The notes under the pieces are model-generated. The model saw only the letters and a program-made list of their open reading frames with translations. It searched no databases and was not told the DNA's origin. A DNA stretch of 63,973 nt, filler included. It is 12 parts of 12 records of this genome, joined end to end, with 100 filler letters (N's around TTAATTAATTAA, not from the genome) between each part and the next. Parts side by side here need not be neighbours in the genome. Positions count along the whole stretch, not along the records: positions 1 to 4,779 come from SRR15195285_2179; positions 4,880 to 10,942 come from SRR15195285_2180; 10 more parts are not named here. One strand, given 5' to 3'. The position numbers and the translations under genes were made by a program. This document shows positions 1 through 9,364 of this stretch, in pieces (within the stretch, counting starts at the first letter, position 1; each line of letters begins with the position of its first letter).

Positions 1-465
1 GGTCACTGTGCCTTTGCCGTGCGGCTTGCCCTCGTGCCACTCGCCCTCGTACCGAAAGCCGTCGGGACAGGTCAGTGTGCCGTTGCCGTGCGTCAAGCCC
101 TCGCGCCACTCACCCTCGTACCGAGCGCCATTGGGCCTGGTGTGTGTACCATTGCCGTGCATCAAGCACTCGCGCCACTCGCCCTCGTACTGAGCGCCAT
201 TGGGCGAGGTCAATATGCCGGTGCCGTGGTATATGCCCTCGCGCCACTCGCCGACGTACCGACTGTCGTCGGGCTCGGTCCTTGTACCTCTACCATGGGG
301 CCAACCCTCGCGCCACTCGCCGACGTACCGTTTGCCGCTGGGCCAGGTCTCTGTACCTCTACCATGGGGTTTACCCTCGCACCACTCGCCCTCATACTCG
401 CGACCATCGAAGAAAATTGCTGTACCTTTACCGTGGGCCAGACCATCCTTCCGGTCACCAATATA
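1..465 (-). repeat. MORN-repeat array (about 69-bp units)
   Basis: At least six 23-aa units such as YEGEWCEGKPHGRGTETWPSGKR and YEGEWREGLTHGNGTLTCPDGFR. The + strand ORFs 19..507 etc. are their antisense shadows. Confidence 0.9.
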
Positions 466-2604
466 GGGTTCTGGTTCTGTGGGACTGAGCCGAATGCGCG
501 ACAATAGCGGTGCAAGCTTATCCAACATCGCATCCACTGCAGAACCATCCACAGAGCCGCCGGTGTCCTCCGGCTCACTGACCTGCTCACCGGCACCACC
601 CTCTGGACCATTGGCGTTGTCCGGGGAGCTGTCGGTTCGATCACCGCCACTGTCTCCCGATGCGCCACCGTCTGGCTCTGGCTCTCTTTCATCCGACTGT
701 TGCGGGCCATCGTCGGCAGCCACGTCCACAACCTTACCACTACTGTAGTGGTTCGCCTGCGAAAGGGGCTTTCCGTTTGGCGCCATGTGGCCGAGAATAA
801 TCGCCTGGCGCTGTGTCTCGCGATCCGGGGTGCAGTCATGCTCATTCGATCCATCGGCGCTGTACTTGATGCATTTCGCGGCCACGCCTTCACCCGCTGG
901 CACCAGCGAATAGACTAGCACTGGTCGCTTGTAACGCACACTGATGACGCTGAGCTCCAGTTCACCGAGCCACGACGTTGGTCTACGAACCCATTGAACG
1001 TATGGCTCAAGAGGCCGCGATGACGTTCCACGGGCCCCGCGCAGTGTATCCTTCGTCTGTGATTCGAACACTATTAGTCGTTCCTCCTTCTTGACGTGCG
1101 GCAGCATTCCATCGAGACCATTCGTGTGGCAGAACTCGATGATATTGCCCTTGATCGTGTCAAAGTTCTCGGGGTCACCCAGAACCTGTCGGGCAACGCC
1201 CCGCCAGCCACACGCGTTGTCGGCCTCCTCCGAGATAAAGCTCACCCCTGGCACATTCCGGTTAAGATGGGAGATGGCCTCGGAGTAACCACATGACCCG
1301 GGTGAGCTGCTCTCGGCACCTGACCCCGCGTCCGATTGTGCGCCGTCCGTAGGCACCGTAGCTTTCGGTTCAGGCTGAAGCTGGCGCGCCTCGGTTGGCT
1401 CAAGACCAATGTCGTGACTGAGCTGATCACAGGCCCGGCCACTAGAACAGGTGAGCAGATAGTTGTCCTCGCCGGCCCTCTTTACGAAGTCTTCGATAGC
1501 CTCAATTGCGTCATCATCCAACTTGTCCCGACCACCCGCCGACTTGATTACCAGCTTGTTGCGCTGGTCGCGGGTCCGTTTCGTCCACTTGCCACGCGTC
1601 ACCGGCTCAAAGGTCACGGCGTACACTTTGCACAGCCAGTGGTCATCTTTCTTGGCATCCAACGCCTCGATCAGCATCACGCGCCAGGTCTTCAGACCAG
1701 GCGGAAATACGTGGTCGGCGCGCAAACTCTTCAGCGCCTTCCGGCCCCAGCGATGCCCAGGCTCCAACGCCGCGATCCAGTGCACAACCCAGACCACCTT
1801 AGCTGCCTTGGTCGAGGTGATCATGGCGGCCTTGGGTTTGTCGATACTGGGAAACAGCCAGTACTGAAACCCGCCACCATCCTCAGATTGCGCATAGCCG
1901 AGCCAATCTTTCCAGTCACACCGTTGGAGAGACTTATCCTCTGACAGAAGCTTCACCACCCGTTCCCGCTGCTCGCGGGCCTTGCACTCTTGCAACTGTG
2001 AATGCGATGACCGATGCACTACCACAGTCACCTGTGCCGTATCCGGCGCTGGTGCTGGGGCAAGAGCAGGAATAGCGACAGGGGCCTGAGGGGGGGCGGT
2101 GGGGTGATCCTGTTCAGGAGGGCGGGGGGCAGGATCAGTCGGAACGGGGGGGGCCATAGGTGCACCGGTACCGGGCGAAACAGAGGACCCGCTTCCACCC
2201 GCGACCGGTATAGCAGCAGCCGTTGGCACACGGGGGGCCCCTTGCACGACTTGTCGCGGCGGTGGCTCAGTGGGTGGCGCGGCGGGTGGGTCTGTCTTCT
2301 CCGGGCTCGCCGCCGGGGTCACGGGAGGGGATGGCCGCTGGGCCTTCTCCCGTGCGTGCTCCTGCAGCAGCGCCGCTCGGACCGCCGCCTTGTCTTCATC
2401 GGTAGCCGTCCTGTCCCCCCTCTGCTTTGTCAGGCGACCCTGCCACTTCTTGTGGGAACATATCGGTCGACCAGCCTTCCTGGCCGCATTGCCACACGCC
2501 GTACACAAATGCTGACCAGCGTAGTCGTCATGGTCCAGTCGATGATTATATGCATTCTTCTTCGGATCAGCCGGGCACTCCTTACACTTGGCGCATGGCC
2601 CCAT
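1..2604 (-). CDS. 3'-partial multidomain protein (868+ aa): GATA-like Zn finger, Pro-rich linker, possible GNAT-like segment, OTU deubiquitinase, MORN repeats
   Basis: Manual translation gives an open frame from ATG 2604 to the window edge with no stop, which is why the ORF track lacks it. N-terminus MGPCAKC...HLCTACG. OTU motifs ADNACGWRGVARQVLGD (Cys 1210-1212), WLGELELSVISVRYKRPVLVY and NHY (745-753). C-terminal YEGEWREGxxHGxGT repeats. Confidence 0.85.
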   Translation of the reverse strand, partial: MGPCAKCKECPADPKKNAYNHRLDHDDYAGQHLCTACGNAARKAGRPICSHKKWQGRLTKQRGDRTATDEDKAAVRAALLQEHAREKAQRPSPPVTPAASPEKTDPPAAPPTEPPPRQVVQGAPRVPTAAAIPVAGGSGSSVSPGTGAPMAPPVPTDPAPRPPEQDHPTAPPQAPVAIPALAPAPAPDTAQVTVVVHRSSHSQLQECKAREQRERVVKLLSEDKSLQRCDWKDWLGYAQSEDGGGFQYWLFPSIDKPKAAMITSTKAAKVVWVVHWIAALEPGHRWGRKALKSLRADHVFPPGLKTWRVMLIEALDAKKDDHWLCKVYAVTFEPVTRGKWTKRTRDQRNKLVIKSAGGRDKLDDDAIEAIEDFVKRAGEDNYLLTCSSGRACDQLSHDIGLEPTEARQLQPEPKATVPTDGAQSDAGSGAESSSPGSCGYSEAISHLNRNVPGVSFISEEADNACGWRGVARQVLGDPENFDTIKGNIIEFCHTNGLDGMLPHVKKEERLIVFESQTKDTLRGARGTSSRPLEPYVQWVRRPTSWLGELELSVISVRYKRPVLVYSLVPAGEGVAAKCIKYSADGSNEHDCTPDRETQRQAIILGHMAPNGKPLSQANHYSSGKVVDVAADDGPQQSDEREPEPDGGASGDSGGDRTDSSPDNANGPEGGAGEQVSEPEDTGGSVDGSAVDAMLDKLAPLLSRIRLSPTEPEPYIGDRKDGLAHGKGTAIFFDGREYEGEWCEGKPHGRGTETWPSGKRYVGEWREGWPHGRGTRTEPDDSRYVGEWREGIYHGTGILTSPNGAQYEGEWRECLMHGNGTHTRPNGARYEGEWREGLTHGNGTLTCPDGFRYEGEWHEGKPHGKGTVT

Positions 2605-3126
2605 CCCCTGCTAGTTCCAGCGCTGTCTCTGCCCTCTCCCCGCGTTAACCCGCTCGCCGTCACCAGTGCTGGAGACTTGCTGCCGACCAGCGCCATGCAT
2701 GCACCCGGCGTGGGCGGCGCGCGGTGGTTGGGTGCACGCGCGCGCATGGGGATGGGCCCTGGGTGTAGTAAGTCTCGGATGTACCGGTAGTAATCGTAAT
2801 GATAAGTGCAATTTGTATCATACTCGGCCGTACTGTAGGATCCTACCGAGAATTACCATTACAATGTACGGTTCCCGGTGGGAACTAGCCAATAATCCCG
2901 GGGAACTAGCCAATCAGACGAACCTGGGCACTCCTGATCGCGCGGCGCGTGGGTGCTCCGAGTGCTACTTTCTGCGTGCATCTTGCATGTATTCGAATAT
3001 GTAGTTATGTACCTTCCACGCGCGCGGCGCGGCGGCCGGCGGCGTAGCGGGCGCGCGGCGCGCGCGGCTAGTTCCCCATCCGTCCGCCGTGGGCCGGCGT
3101 GCCGGATCGGATTGGAACTAGCCACA
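2605..3126. promoter_or_regulatory. Divergent intergenic region with five GGAACTAGC copies
   Basis: Motif at 2610-2618 (-), 2881-2889 (+), 2902-2910 (+), 3067-3075 (-) and 3114-3122 (+). Palindrome GTAGGATCCTAC at 2835-2846. Confidence 0.55.
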
Positions 3127-3262
3127 ATGCAGCGCGTCGCGATCCTCGGCTCTCGCCACGGCGATCATTCTGTCACACCACCGACAACACCAGGCTCAGC
3201 AGTACTACCCCCGACAGCACCAACCCCCGGCAGCACCAACCCCCGACAGCACCACCACCGAC

Positions 3263-4228
3263 ATGGCCCCCACTACTCGCACCAGCACCTCCACCGTACC
3301 GCCACCCACCACCGCCGCCGCCGCCAATGCAGCGGTCAACACCAACACCCAGCCACAATCGGGCGGGTCTGCGGCGCCGGACACCGTAGAAGCTTTGCAG
3401 ATCTGCCCTGTCTGTTTCGAAGAGAAAGCCTCCACGGAGATCGTCCGGCACGAGGTGTGCACTCACTTTACGTGCCAGGGCTGCATTGTACAGCTTCAGA
3501 GTCACACGTGCCATCAGTGCCGCTGTGCCATTCCGGCTCATGTCATCGAGCATGGCGTCGACCGTCTTGCCATCAACCTCGCGGGGGACGACACTGGAAT
3601 CGACGTCCGCCCGAACATACTGCTGGGGTCCTCGCACTTACTCCCGCTCATCTTTTCCGACGGTGGCCTGTTTGCACCCGTGGCTCTGACAATTGAGATG
3701 AACGTGAGGCGTGAGGACACAGGCTCGCCGTATCTCCCCACGTTCAGCGTCAGTCTGCGATGGAGTGGCATAGGTCGAACGGGCTTCGGGTTGTCACGTG
3801 GGCATGGGCAGTCCGTCATCTCCGGTTCTGTGAGCGATCGGATTGACCTGTGTTGGGGTCAAGAACTGTGGGCTGGTGAAGGCGAAGTCACCGGAATGTT
3901 CGCACTGCACAAGAACGATCTCGCGCCATGGTACTTCAGCCTGCGGTACACCCGACCCATCAATCAATTTCCAATCGACGAGTTTACGGTGGAGCGCATG
4001 AACCCGGCCGACCCATCTAGCCCTTTCTGGAAGGTTCGTCTCCCCGCCGGAATCTACAACATCGAAGGCCGTGTGCCAGTGCACGAGACTGACGATCGAC
4101 ATGCTCTGCTCCGACCGGGCAGCACTGGGCTGGCTCGCCTTCAGCAAAACAACGAACGCCAGCGGGAGCGCTTTGATCGCGAAGTAGCCCGAGTGCCTCA
4201 CCGTAACGTGCGTCAGCGCCGTCGCTAG
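3263..4228 (+). CDS. RING-finger (C3HC4-like) protein, putative E3 ligase, with unknown C-terminal domain
   Basis: CPVC...CTHFTCQGC...CHQCR. The start is uncertain because an upstream ATG at 3127 lies in another frame. Confidence 0.7.
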   Translation: MAPTTRTSTSTVPPPTTAAAANAAVNTNTQPQSGGSAAPDTVEALQICPVCFEEKASTEIVRHEVCTHFTCQGCIVQLQSHTCHQCRCAIPAHVIEHGVDRLAINLAGDDTGIDVRPNILLGSSHLLPLIFSDGGLFAPVALTIEMNVRREDTGSPYLPTFSVSLRWSGIGRTGFGLSRGHGQSVISGSVSDRIDLCWGQELWAGEGEVTGMFALHKNDLAPWYFSLRYTRPINQFPIDEFTVERMNPADPSSPFWKVRLPAGIYNIEGRVPVHETDDRHALLRPGSTGLARLQQNNERQRERFDREVARVPHRNVRQRRR

Positions 4229-4450
4229 TTGAGTGTAGATTGCAGCGTGGAGCAGACTGTGGAGTAGGTGGGTGAATGATGGTCAGATGACCGGACATGC
4301 GTGTACAATAATGTCTAGGTTTCCCACTTGTGCCGCCACCTACTGTTCACATATTCTGCATCGCCTTAGTCAAATGTCAGGCGCCAGCCTGGTAGAGTTA
4401 GCCGCCGCCGTCTATCTGTGCGAGCGCTCGTGTGAGGGAGGGCTCTTGCT

Positions 4451-4651
4451 ATGGCAGCTCTACAATGTCTCTGCGCGCCCGACACCCTCCAAGCCAGCTG
4501 CACCACACCCGACCACTCCGGCGCAGAAATCCTGGCTACGGCGCTTATTGTCTTGGCTGGGCTGTTAGTCTATCGAATTGATCGGTGTTGTGGTGAGGTG
4601 GAGGAGAATGAAAGCGAAGAGGATGAGCCGCCGAGTGGAATGTTCTCGTAA
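4451..4651 (+). CDS. Small single-pass membrane protein (tentative)
   Basis: Hydrophobic ILATALIVLAGLLVY followed by acidic tail EVEENESEEDEPPSGMFS. Confidence 0.3.
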   Translation: MAALQCLCAPDTLQASCTTPDHSGAEILATALIVLAGLLVYRIDRCCGEVEENESEEDEPPSGMFS

Positions 4652-4779
4652 GGCCGGCAACAGACACGACACAACCGAAATGACACAATATGGTCGGACA
4701 CTTGGAATGTGACACTTGTAGAGGTGATCTTGTGGAACTATTACACGTTATTAAGGCACTAGGACAGGTTATTAAGGCA

Positions 4780-4879
4780 NNNNNNNNNNNNNNNNNNNNN
4801 NNNNNNNNNNNNNNNNNNNNNNNTTAATTAATTAANNNNNNNNNNNNNNNNNNNNNNNNNNNNNNNNNNNNNNNNNNNN
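4780..4879. other. Artificial contig linker N44-TTAATTAATTAA-N44 (first of 11)
   Basis: The same 100-nt all-frame-stop spacer occurs at 10943-11042, 16919-17018, 22915-23014, 26497-26596, 34954-35053, 40583-40682, 47630-47729, 52023-52122, 56452-56551 and 60428-60527. Confidence 0.98.
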
Positions 4880-5108
4880 AATACAATCATGATTTGAGAA
4901 TCGATTTCAAGGAACGTAAAATACAGAATTCTCGCTGAGCAGTCATATTTCAATGCAACCCGATTCCATTTTACATTTTTTAAAAATAGGAATATGATAC
5001 GGAGCAGGTACTGATATGCGGAGTATCAGTATATACCATATGGTTCTGGCCCCGCCTGTGAGCGGATCTGGCCCACCCTGTTTCCTCCTATACTGCGAGT
5101 ACTCTGGG

Positions 5109-8100
5109 ATGGGGGAGGAAGCGAGCGGCAGCGCAGATGGCGATGGGCGGCTTGGGATGGCGTGCGGGCCCGATGACTGGCTCCCGGACGAGTCGGCGGA
5201 GCGCTGCTATGGCGCCGCGTGCCGTGAGGAGTTCGGGGTGTTCCGGCGGCGCCATCACTGTCGGCACTGTGGCTACGTCTTCTGCGCGGACTGCAGCAGC
5301 CAGCAGTACCCGCTGCGGGAGCACAATGGGGCGGCGGGGCAGGTCTACCAACGCGTCTGCGATCGTTGCTTCACGCTCCTGGCTGACGCCGAGCGAGCGC
5401 AGGCGGAAGCAGCGGAACGCGCGCGCCAGAGGACTCGCACGGCGCTACTAGCAGAGACGGATCTCGCGGCTGCGTGCTTCCAAGAAGCGCAGGAGGAGCT
5501 CGGCTCCCTGATCCGGAACTCGGAGCTGCCGCAGCTTGGTTCCCCGCTGCCGCTGGCACAGGTCGGCACGCGGGGTGCGGCGGAGAAGTCGTTCCACCTC
5601 TGCATGTCAACCAGGCCGCGGGATGATGCGGAGGAGCCGGACGCACGGAGCGAAGGCACCAAGGCGATGGTCGTGCTGATGCGGCTGCCTGAGGAATCAC
5701 CGATAGTTCCAGACTCGGAGCCGGGCCTGCGTTACCTACGACAGTTCCTCCTTGGCCTGGATCATCCGTTCGTTCACCGCACGCACGATGTCGCCCCAGC
5801 GCTGGATGACACAGCACTGGTGCTGGTGCGACAGTACTGGCCGCTTGGCTCTCTGAAAGACCGGTTGCACCGGCTTGCTAACCCATTGCAGCCCGCAGCA
5901 CAAAAGTACGGCCCAAATGAGTGTGGGCCGGCATGGCCGTTCACCCGCATTAGGCTACTCGGGCGGCAGATCCTGGAAGGGCTGCGTTACCTTCGTTCCG
6001 TAGGCCTTCCGTGCGCTGGTGTCCACAGTGGCAACATCCTCATGCGCAGCGAAGAATGGTGTGTCATCACTGAGATGGAAGTAGACCTGGCCGGGCTGGA
6101 GCCTATGGGTGGGATTACCGTGCAGATGCAGCGCACCGGACCAAACAAAGAAAAGGTGGTTGTGCCCGCGGTGGCCTCATCGTGGGTGGTCAGTGAGAAG
6201 GAGCCGGCGGTCGTCGCATTCGGGCACATTCTCTATGAAATGGTGTCCGGTGGGCGGGTGCTTATGGCGAACGAGATGCCATCCACTGAAACTTTCCCCC
6301 AAGGGCTAATTGATTGTTTTGAACTCATTTTCCTGCCCGATGGGGACACTGCTCTGGCACCGAGCTGTCGACTGACGCAGCTACTAGAGCTGAACATTTT
6401 TGCAGACTTAAGTCTTCATCGCAGACACGCTGATCAACTGCTGACTTCTCGACAAAACTCACTGGAACTCAGGAGATGTCTTCGCAAGGCTCTCGTCGGA
6501 TTGCTGCCCCCATCGCTGCGGGGAAAGCGCCGAAATGCGCGTGACTCGATTCGCGATCCCCCGGCGTCTTGGGAGCCTGCTGGCCAAGAAAAGAAGAAGG
6601 CGAAGAAGAAGAAACGAAGCCAACGTCATCCACATGGTGACGATGACCAGGCGGACGGAGTGATGCTACTAGAGAACGGTGGGCTTGACGCAAGCACAAT
6701 CAAAGTTCGTTATCCTGGTGGTGACACCGCGATTCTCGCACCCAAGCCACAAGAGGACCCTAAGCCCACGGAGGAAGTCCAACAAAAAGACCCTCCTCCT
6801 GGTTCGGTCCAGGTGTGGCTCCAGCGTATTGTCGGTGGCTACGAGGCGTCTGGCATGACTCTTCAACCCAAGCTCAATGGTCGTTACTACCCAGTGCCGC
6901 AGCCGCTCAGTGCACCAGATTCGTCTGAAGATGCCGATGATCCCATTCCCGAAGCTGCTGCTGCTGAGCCTGAGCCTGAGCCTGAGCCAGAACCTGAGTT
7001 TGCACACGGTGCAGCTGACAGCTCTAGCACACAGCTTGTAGTGGACAGCGGACTCAGAGCGCCACCTCCGGGCGGCAGTCCGATAGCACCAGTGCGCTAC
7101 ATACAAGCTGGAGTGGAAGGGCCTGATCTGCCAAACGAGCTTGCGTGGGTCATGCCATCAGAGCATTCACCAGGCCGCTGGGACTTTCGAATTGGGCTTG
7201 TGGGTGAGTCACGTGCCACAGGTCCCAAGTTTGCGCACGGCAGGATGGAAGATGGCCCGCCGCCAACTGGGTGGAGGGTCCTTTCTCCAGAAAGCCCGAT
7301 CGTAGACGGTGACGGCGGCCAACTAGAGATAACAGCTCTAGTCAAACCCATCACCATGGAGAGCTACTTGACGGGCCTTGTCGATGCAGGCTGGGACCAG
7401 CTTGGGGACGTTCAGACCATGACAGAGGAAGACTTCTCAGACGCGGGCGTCACAGATGCCCGCCATAGACGGTTGCTTATCAAAGCCATGGATGAGATCG
7501 TCTGGCCTTTGCCTGACGACGCCGAGAAGGGCGAGGATGTGCTTCTGAAGCAGGAGCTACAAGCGTTGAAGCTCTCAGAATTGCAGTCTCGCGCGGCGAC
7601 TGCTGGAGTCTCAGCGTCGTCCATAGCGGAAGCACTGGATAGCACGGCCCAGAAACGAGCAATGATAGACTTAATTGTTGCTCAAGAGGCGCCTGGTCCT
7701 GCGCCCGAACCAGACGTGCTGCCAGAACCGCATCCAGAGCCGGAGCTGGGCGACCAGTCTGAGCCTGCATGGCGGCCAATCAAACTCAGCGATACAGTTA
7801 CTGTCGTCACCAATCCGAACAATGCGGATTTTCTCTCCCCAGGTGACGAAGGCACTGTCGTCGCTGTCGACGATGAAGATGAGAACGACATCTGGTTCAC
7901 AGTGCAGAATGCTTCGGGGGAAACCGACGAGTATGCCGCGGGAGACTTGGTGCACGCGCAACCAGCTGGATGGCAGATCCAAGAGCAAGTTCGCCCAACG
8001 CTGCAGCTTGCACATGCCGCTGGGCAGTATGGAATTTTGCAGTCGGCCTGGCCTTCACTTACCGCAGAGTGTTTATCAACTGCGTTGCAGTTTGCTCATC

Positions 8101-9224
8101 TTGATATAGGCACGCCTCTTGCCCTTCCTGGTGATGCAGTCAGTCGAAACAGACGTGGGGCGTCCAAACAAGCCGCCAATCGTGCCTTAGATGGTTTGGC
8201 GGCGTGCGGAGTCAAATCTGAAGTGGCACAACGTGCCGTGCTGAACGAAGCGAGGACTCTACTCAAAAGTCTGCTTCGGTCAGAACGAATGGTGAAGGCC
8301 GCGAGGCGACGTAAATGTGGTGGAAGACTCGGTTCGAAGCTTGATGCAAAAGGATTCGATAAGCGCTTCATTGCAACACTCGAAGGGATCTTTGACAACG
8401 GCGTTTTGCTGGTGCCGTTGGCGCGCGAGACTAAGGCGGAACATCAGCGCAGCATACAAGTAGGCGATGCTGTTCTGCTTGTAGCAGAGCCCTCCAACCC
8501 ACACTTTTTGCAGCCAGGCGACGAGGGAACAGTGATTGCCGTTGAGGATGAAGACCCAAACGATCTGTGGTACACCGTCCGTGATGACACGGGAGAGACT
8601 GACGAGTATCCTGCAAAAGATCTGGTGCTGGCTACTTCGGGGCTGCCGGACACGCTGGACCATGATTTATCGTCACAGCCCACCAGTCAGCCTGCGTCTG
8701 CGTCCGTTGATGAGCCGCGGCATCGACCTTTGCAGACCAAGTCGAACTTTGATGTAGAAAACTCTAATCCAACCTCAGATGAGGATGAAGCGGTGGCCAA
8801 ACCAGAGCGAAAGCAACGCTCTGAGAAAGATGAGACAGCTACCGTAGTTGCCTCCGTTTCAGCGCCGGCTGCTGTGCACGATCCGCGTTCAATCCACTTC
8901 GGTGCTGCGGCTGTCAATGATGACAGTGAAAGTGACGAGTTCGACGGTGATCTGTTTGGGGGTGGGCAGTCCGAGGAAGAAGACACAAGTATGTTTGGGG
9001 GTGGGGAGCCCGAGGAAGAAGAAAAGCCAGCACCTGCCTCAGAACCCGCGCCATTACCCGCTAAAAGCAATATCGCGTGGAAATCTGCTTTTGAGGATGG
9101 CAGCGGGGATTCAGACGATGATGATACACCTGAACCCGTCGCACAAAACAAGGCAGCTGCAGCTCGTGCCAATTTGGCAGCTCTCATGGATTCCGATTCA
9201 GAAGCTGGCTCCCTGTTCGATTGA
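5109..9224 (+). CDS. FYVE + Slob/PXK-like pseudokinase + SAM-like + duplicated SH3/KOW-like module + acidic tail
   Basis: FYVE WLPD...RRHHCRHCG...RVCDRC. Degenerate kinase GSLKDRLH...GRQILEGL...VHSGNIL...FGHILYEM. SAM-like segment DFSDAGVTDARHRRLLIKAM. Start taken at the in-frame ATG 5109; the ORF is open from 5016. Confidence 0.85.
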   Translation: MGEEASGSADGDGRLGMACGPDDWLPDESAERCYGAACREEFGVFRRRHHCRHCGYVFCADCSSQQYPLREHNGAAGQVYQRVCDRCFTLLADAERAQAEAAERARQRTRTALLAETDLAAACFQEAQEELGSLIRNSELPQLGSPLPLAQVGTRGAAEKSFHLCMSTRPRDDAEEPDARSEGTKAMVVLMRLPEESPIVPDSEPGLRYLRQFLLGLDHPFVHRTHDVAPALDDTALVLVRQYWPLGSLKDRLHRLANPLQPAAQKYGPNECGPAWPFTRIRLLGRQILEGLRYLRSVGLPCAGVHSGNILMRSEEWCVITEMEVDLAGLEPMGGITVQMQRTGPNKEKVVVPAVASSWVVSEKEPAVVAFGHILYEMVSGGRVLMANEMPSTETFPQGLIDCFELIFLPDGDTALAPSCRLTQLLELNIFADLSLHRRHADQLLTSRQNSLELRRCLRKALVGLLPPSLRGKRRNARDSIRDPPASWEPAGQEKKKAKKKKRSQRHPHGDDDQADGVMLLENGGLDASTIKVRYPGGDTAILAPKPQEDPKPTEEVQQKDPPPGSVQVWLQRIVGGYEASGMTLQPKLNGRYYPVPQPLSAPDSSEDADDPIPEAAAAEPEPEPEPEPEFAHGAADSSSTQLVVDSGLRAPPPGGSPIAPVRYIQAGVEGPDLPNELAWVMPSEHSPGRWDFRIGLVGESRATGPKFAHGRMEDGPPPTGWRVLSPESPIVDGDGGQLEITALVKPITMESYLTGLVDAGWDQLGDVQTMTEEDFSDAGVTDARHRRLLIKAMDEIVWPLPDDAEKGEDVLLKQELQALKLSELQSRAATAGVSASSIAEALDSTAQKRAMIDLIVAQEAPGPAPEPDVLPEPHPEPELGDQSEPAWRPIKLSDTVTVVTNPNNADFLSPGDEGTVVAVDDEDENDIWFTVQNASGETDEYAAGDLVHAQPAGWQIQEQVRPTLQLAHAAGQYGILQSAWPSLTAECLSTALQFAHLDIGTPLALPGDAVSRNRRGASKQAANRALDGLAACGVKSEVAQRAVLNEARTLLKSLLRSERMVKAARRRKCGGRLGSKLDAKGFDKRFIATLEGIFDNGVLLVPLARETKAEHQRSIQVGDAVLLVAEPSNPHFLQPGDEGTVIAVEDEDPNDLWYTVRDDTGETDEYPAKDLVLATSGLPDTLDHDLSSQPTSQPASASVDEPRHRPLQTKSNFDVENSNPTSDEDEAVAKPERKQRSEKDETATVVASVSAPAAVHDPRSIHFGAAAVNDDSESDEFDGDLFGGGQSEEEDTSMFGGGEPEEEEKPAPASEPAPLPAKSNIAWKSAFEDGSGDSDDDDTPEPVAQNKAAAARANLAALMDSDSEAGSLFD

Positions 9225-9364
9225 TGGCAGACTAGTAATGCAAAATAGTAATGCCCCTTCATTTAGGTGGCCGGGAATTTCAATGTGGGTAGCTTCGTTT
9301 CAGTACGATCTTTCGCGTTCACTGTACGATCCGTGTGCAGTCTGCAGACTGAGTTTCGCAAAGT

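Noticed and set aside
8-2790. Plus-strand ORFs 19-507, 1336-1944, 2014-2790 and others
   Set aside because: They are antisense shadows of the long minus-strand OTU-MORN ORF.
4747-4779. GTTATTAAGGCA direct repeat at a contig end
   Set aside because: Only two copies before truncation; a terminal repeat cannot be told apart from a simple tandem repeat.
4824-4835. TTAATTAATTAA repeated 11 times as a possible biological repeat or CRISPR-like array
   Set aside because: It is always centred in identical N44 padding, so it is an artificial all-frame-stop contig joiner.
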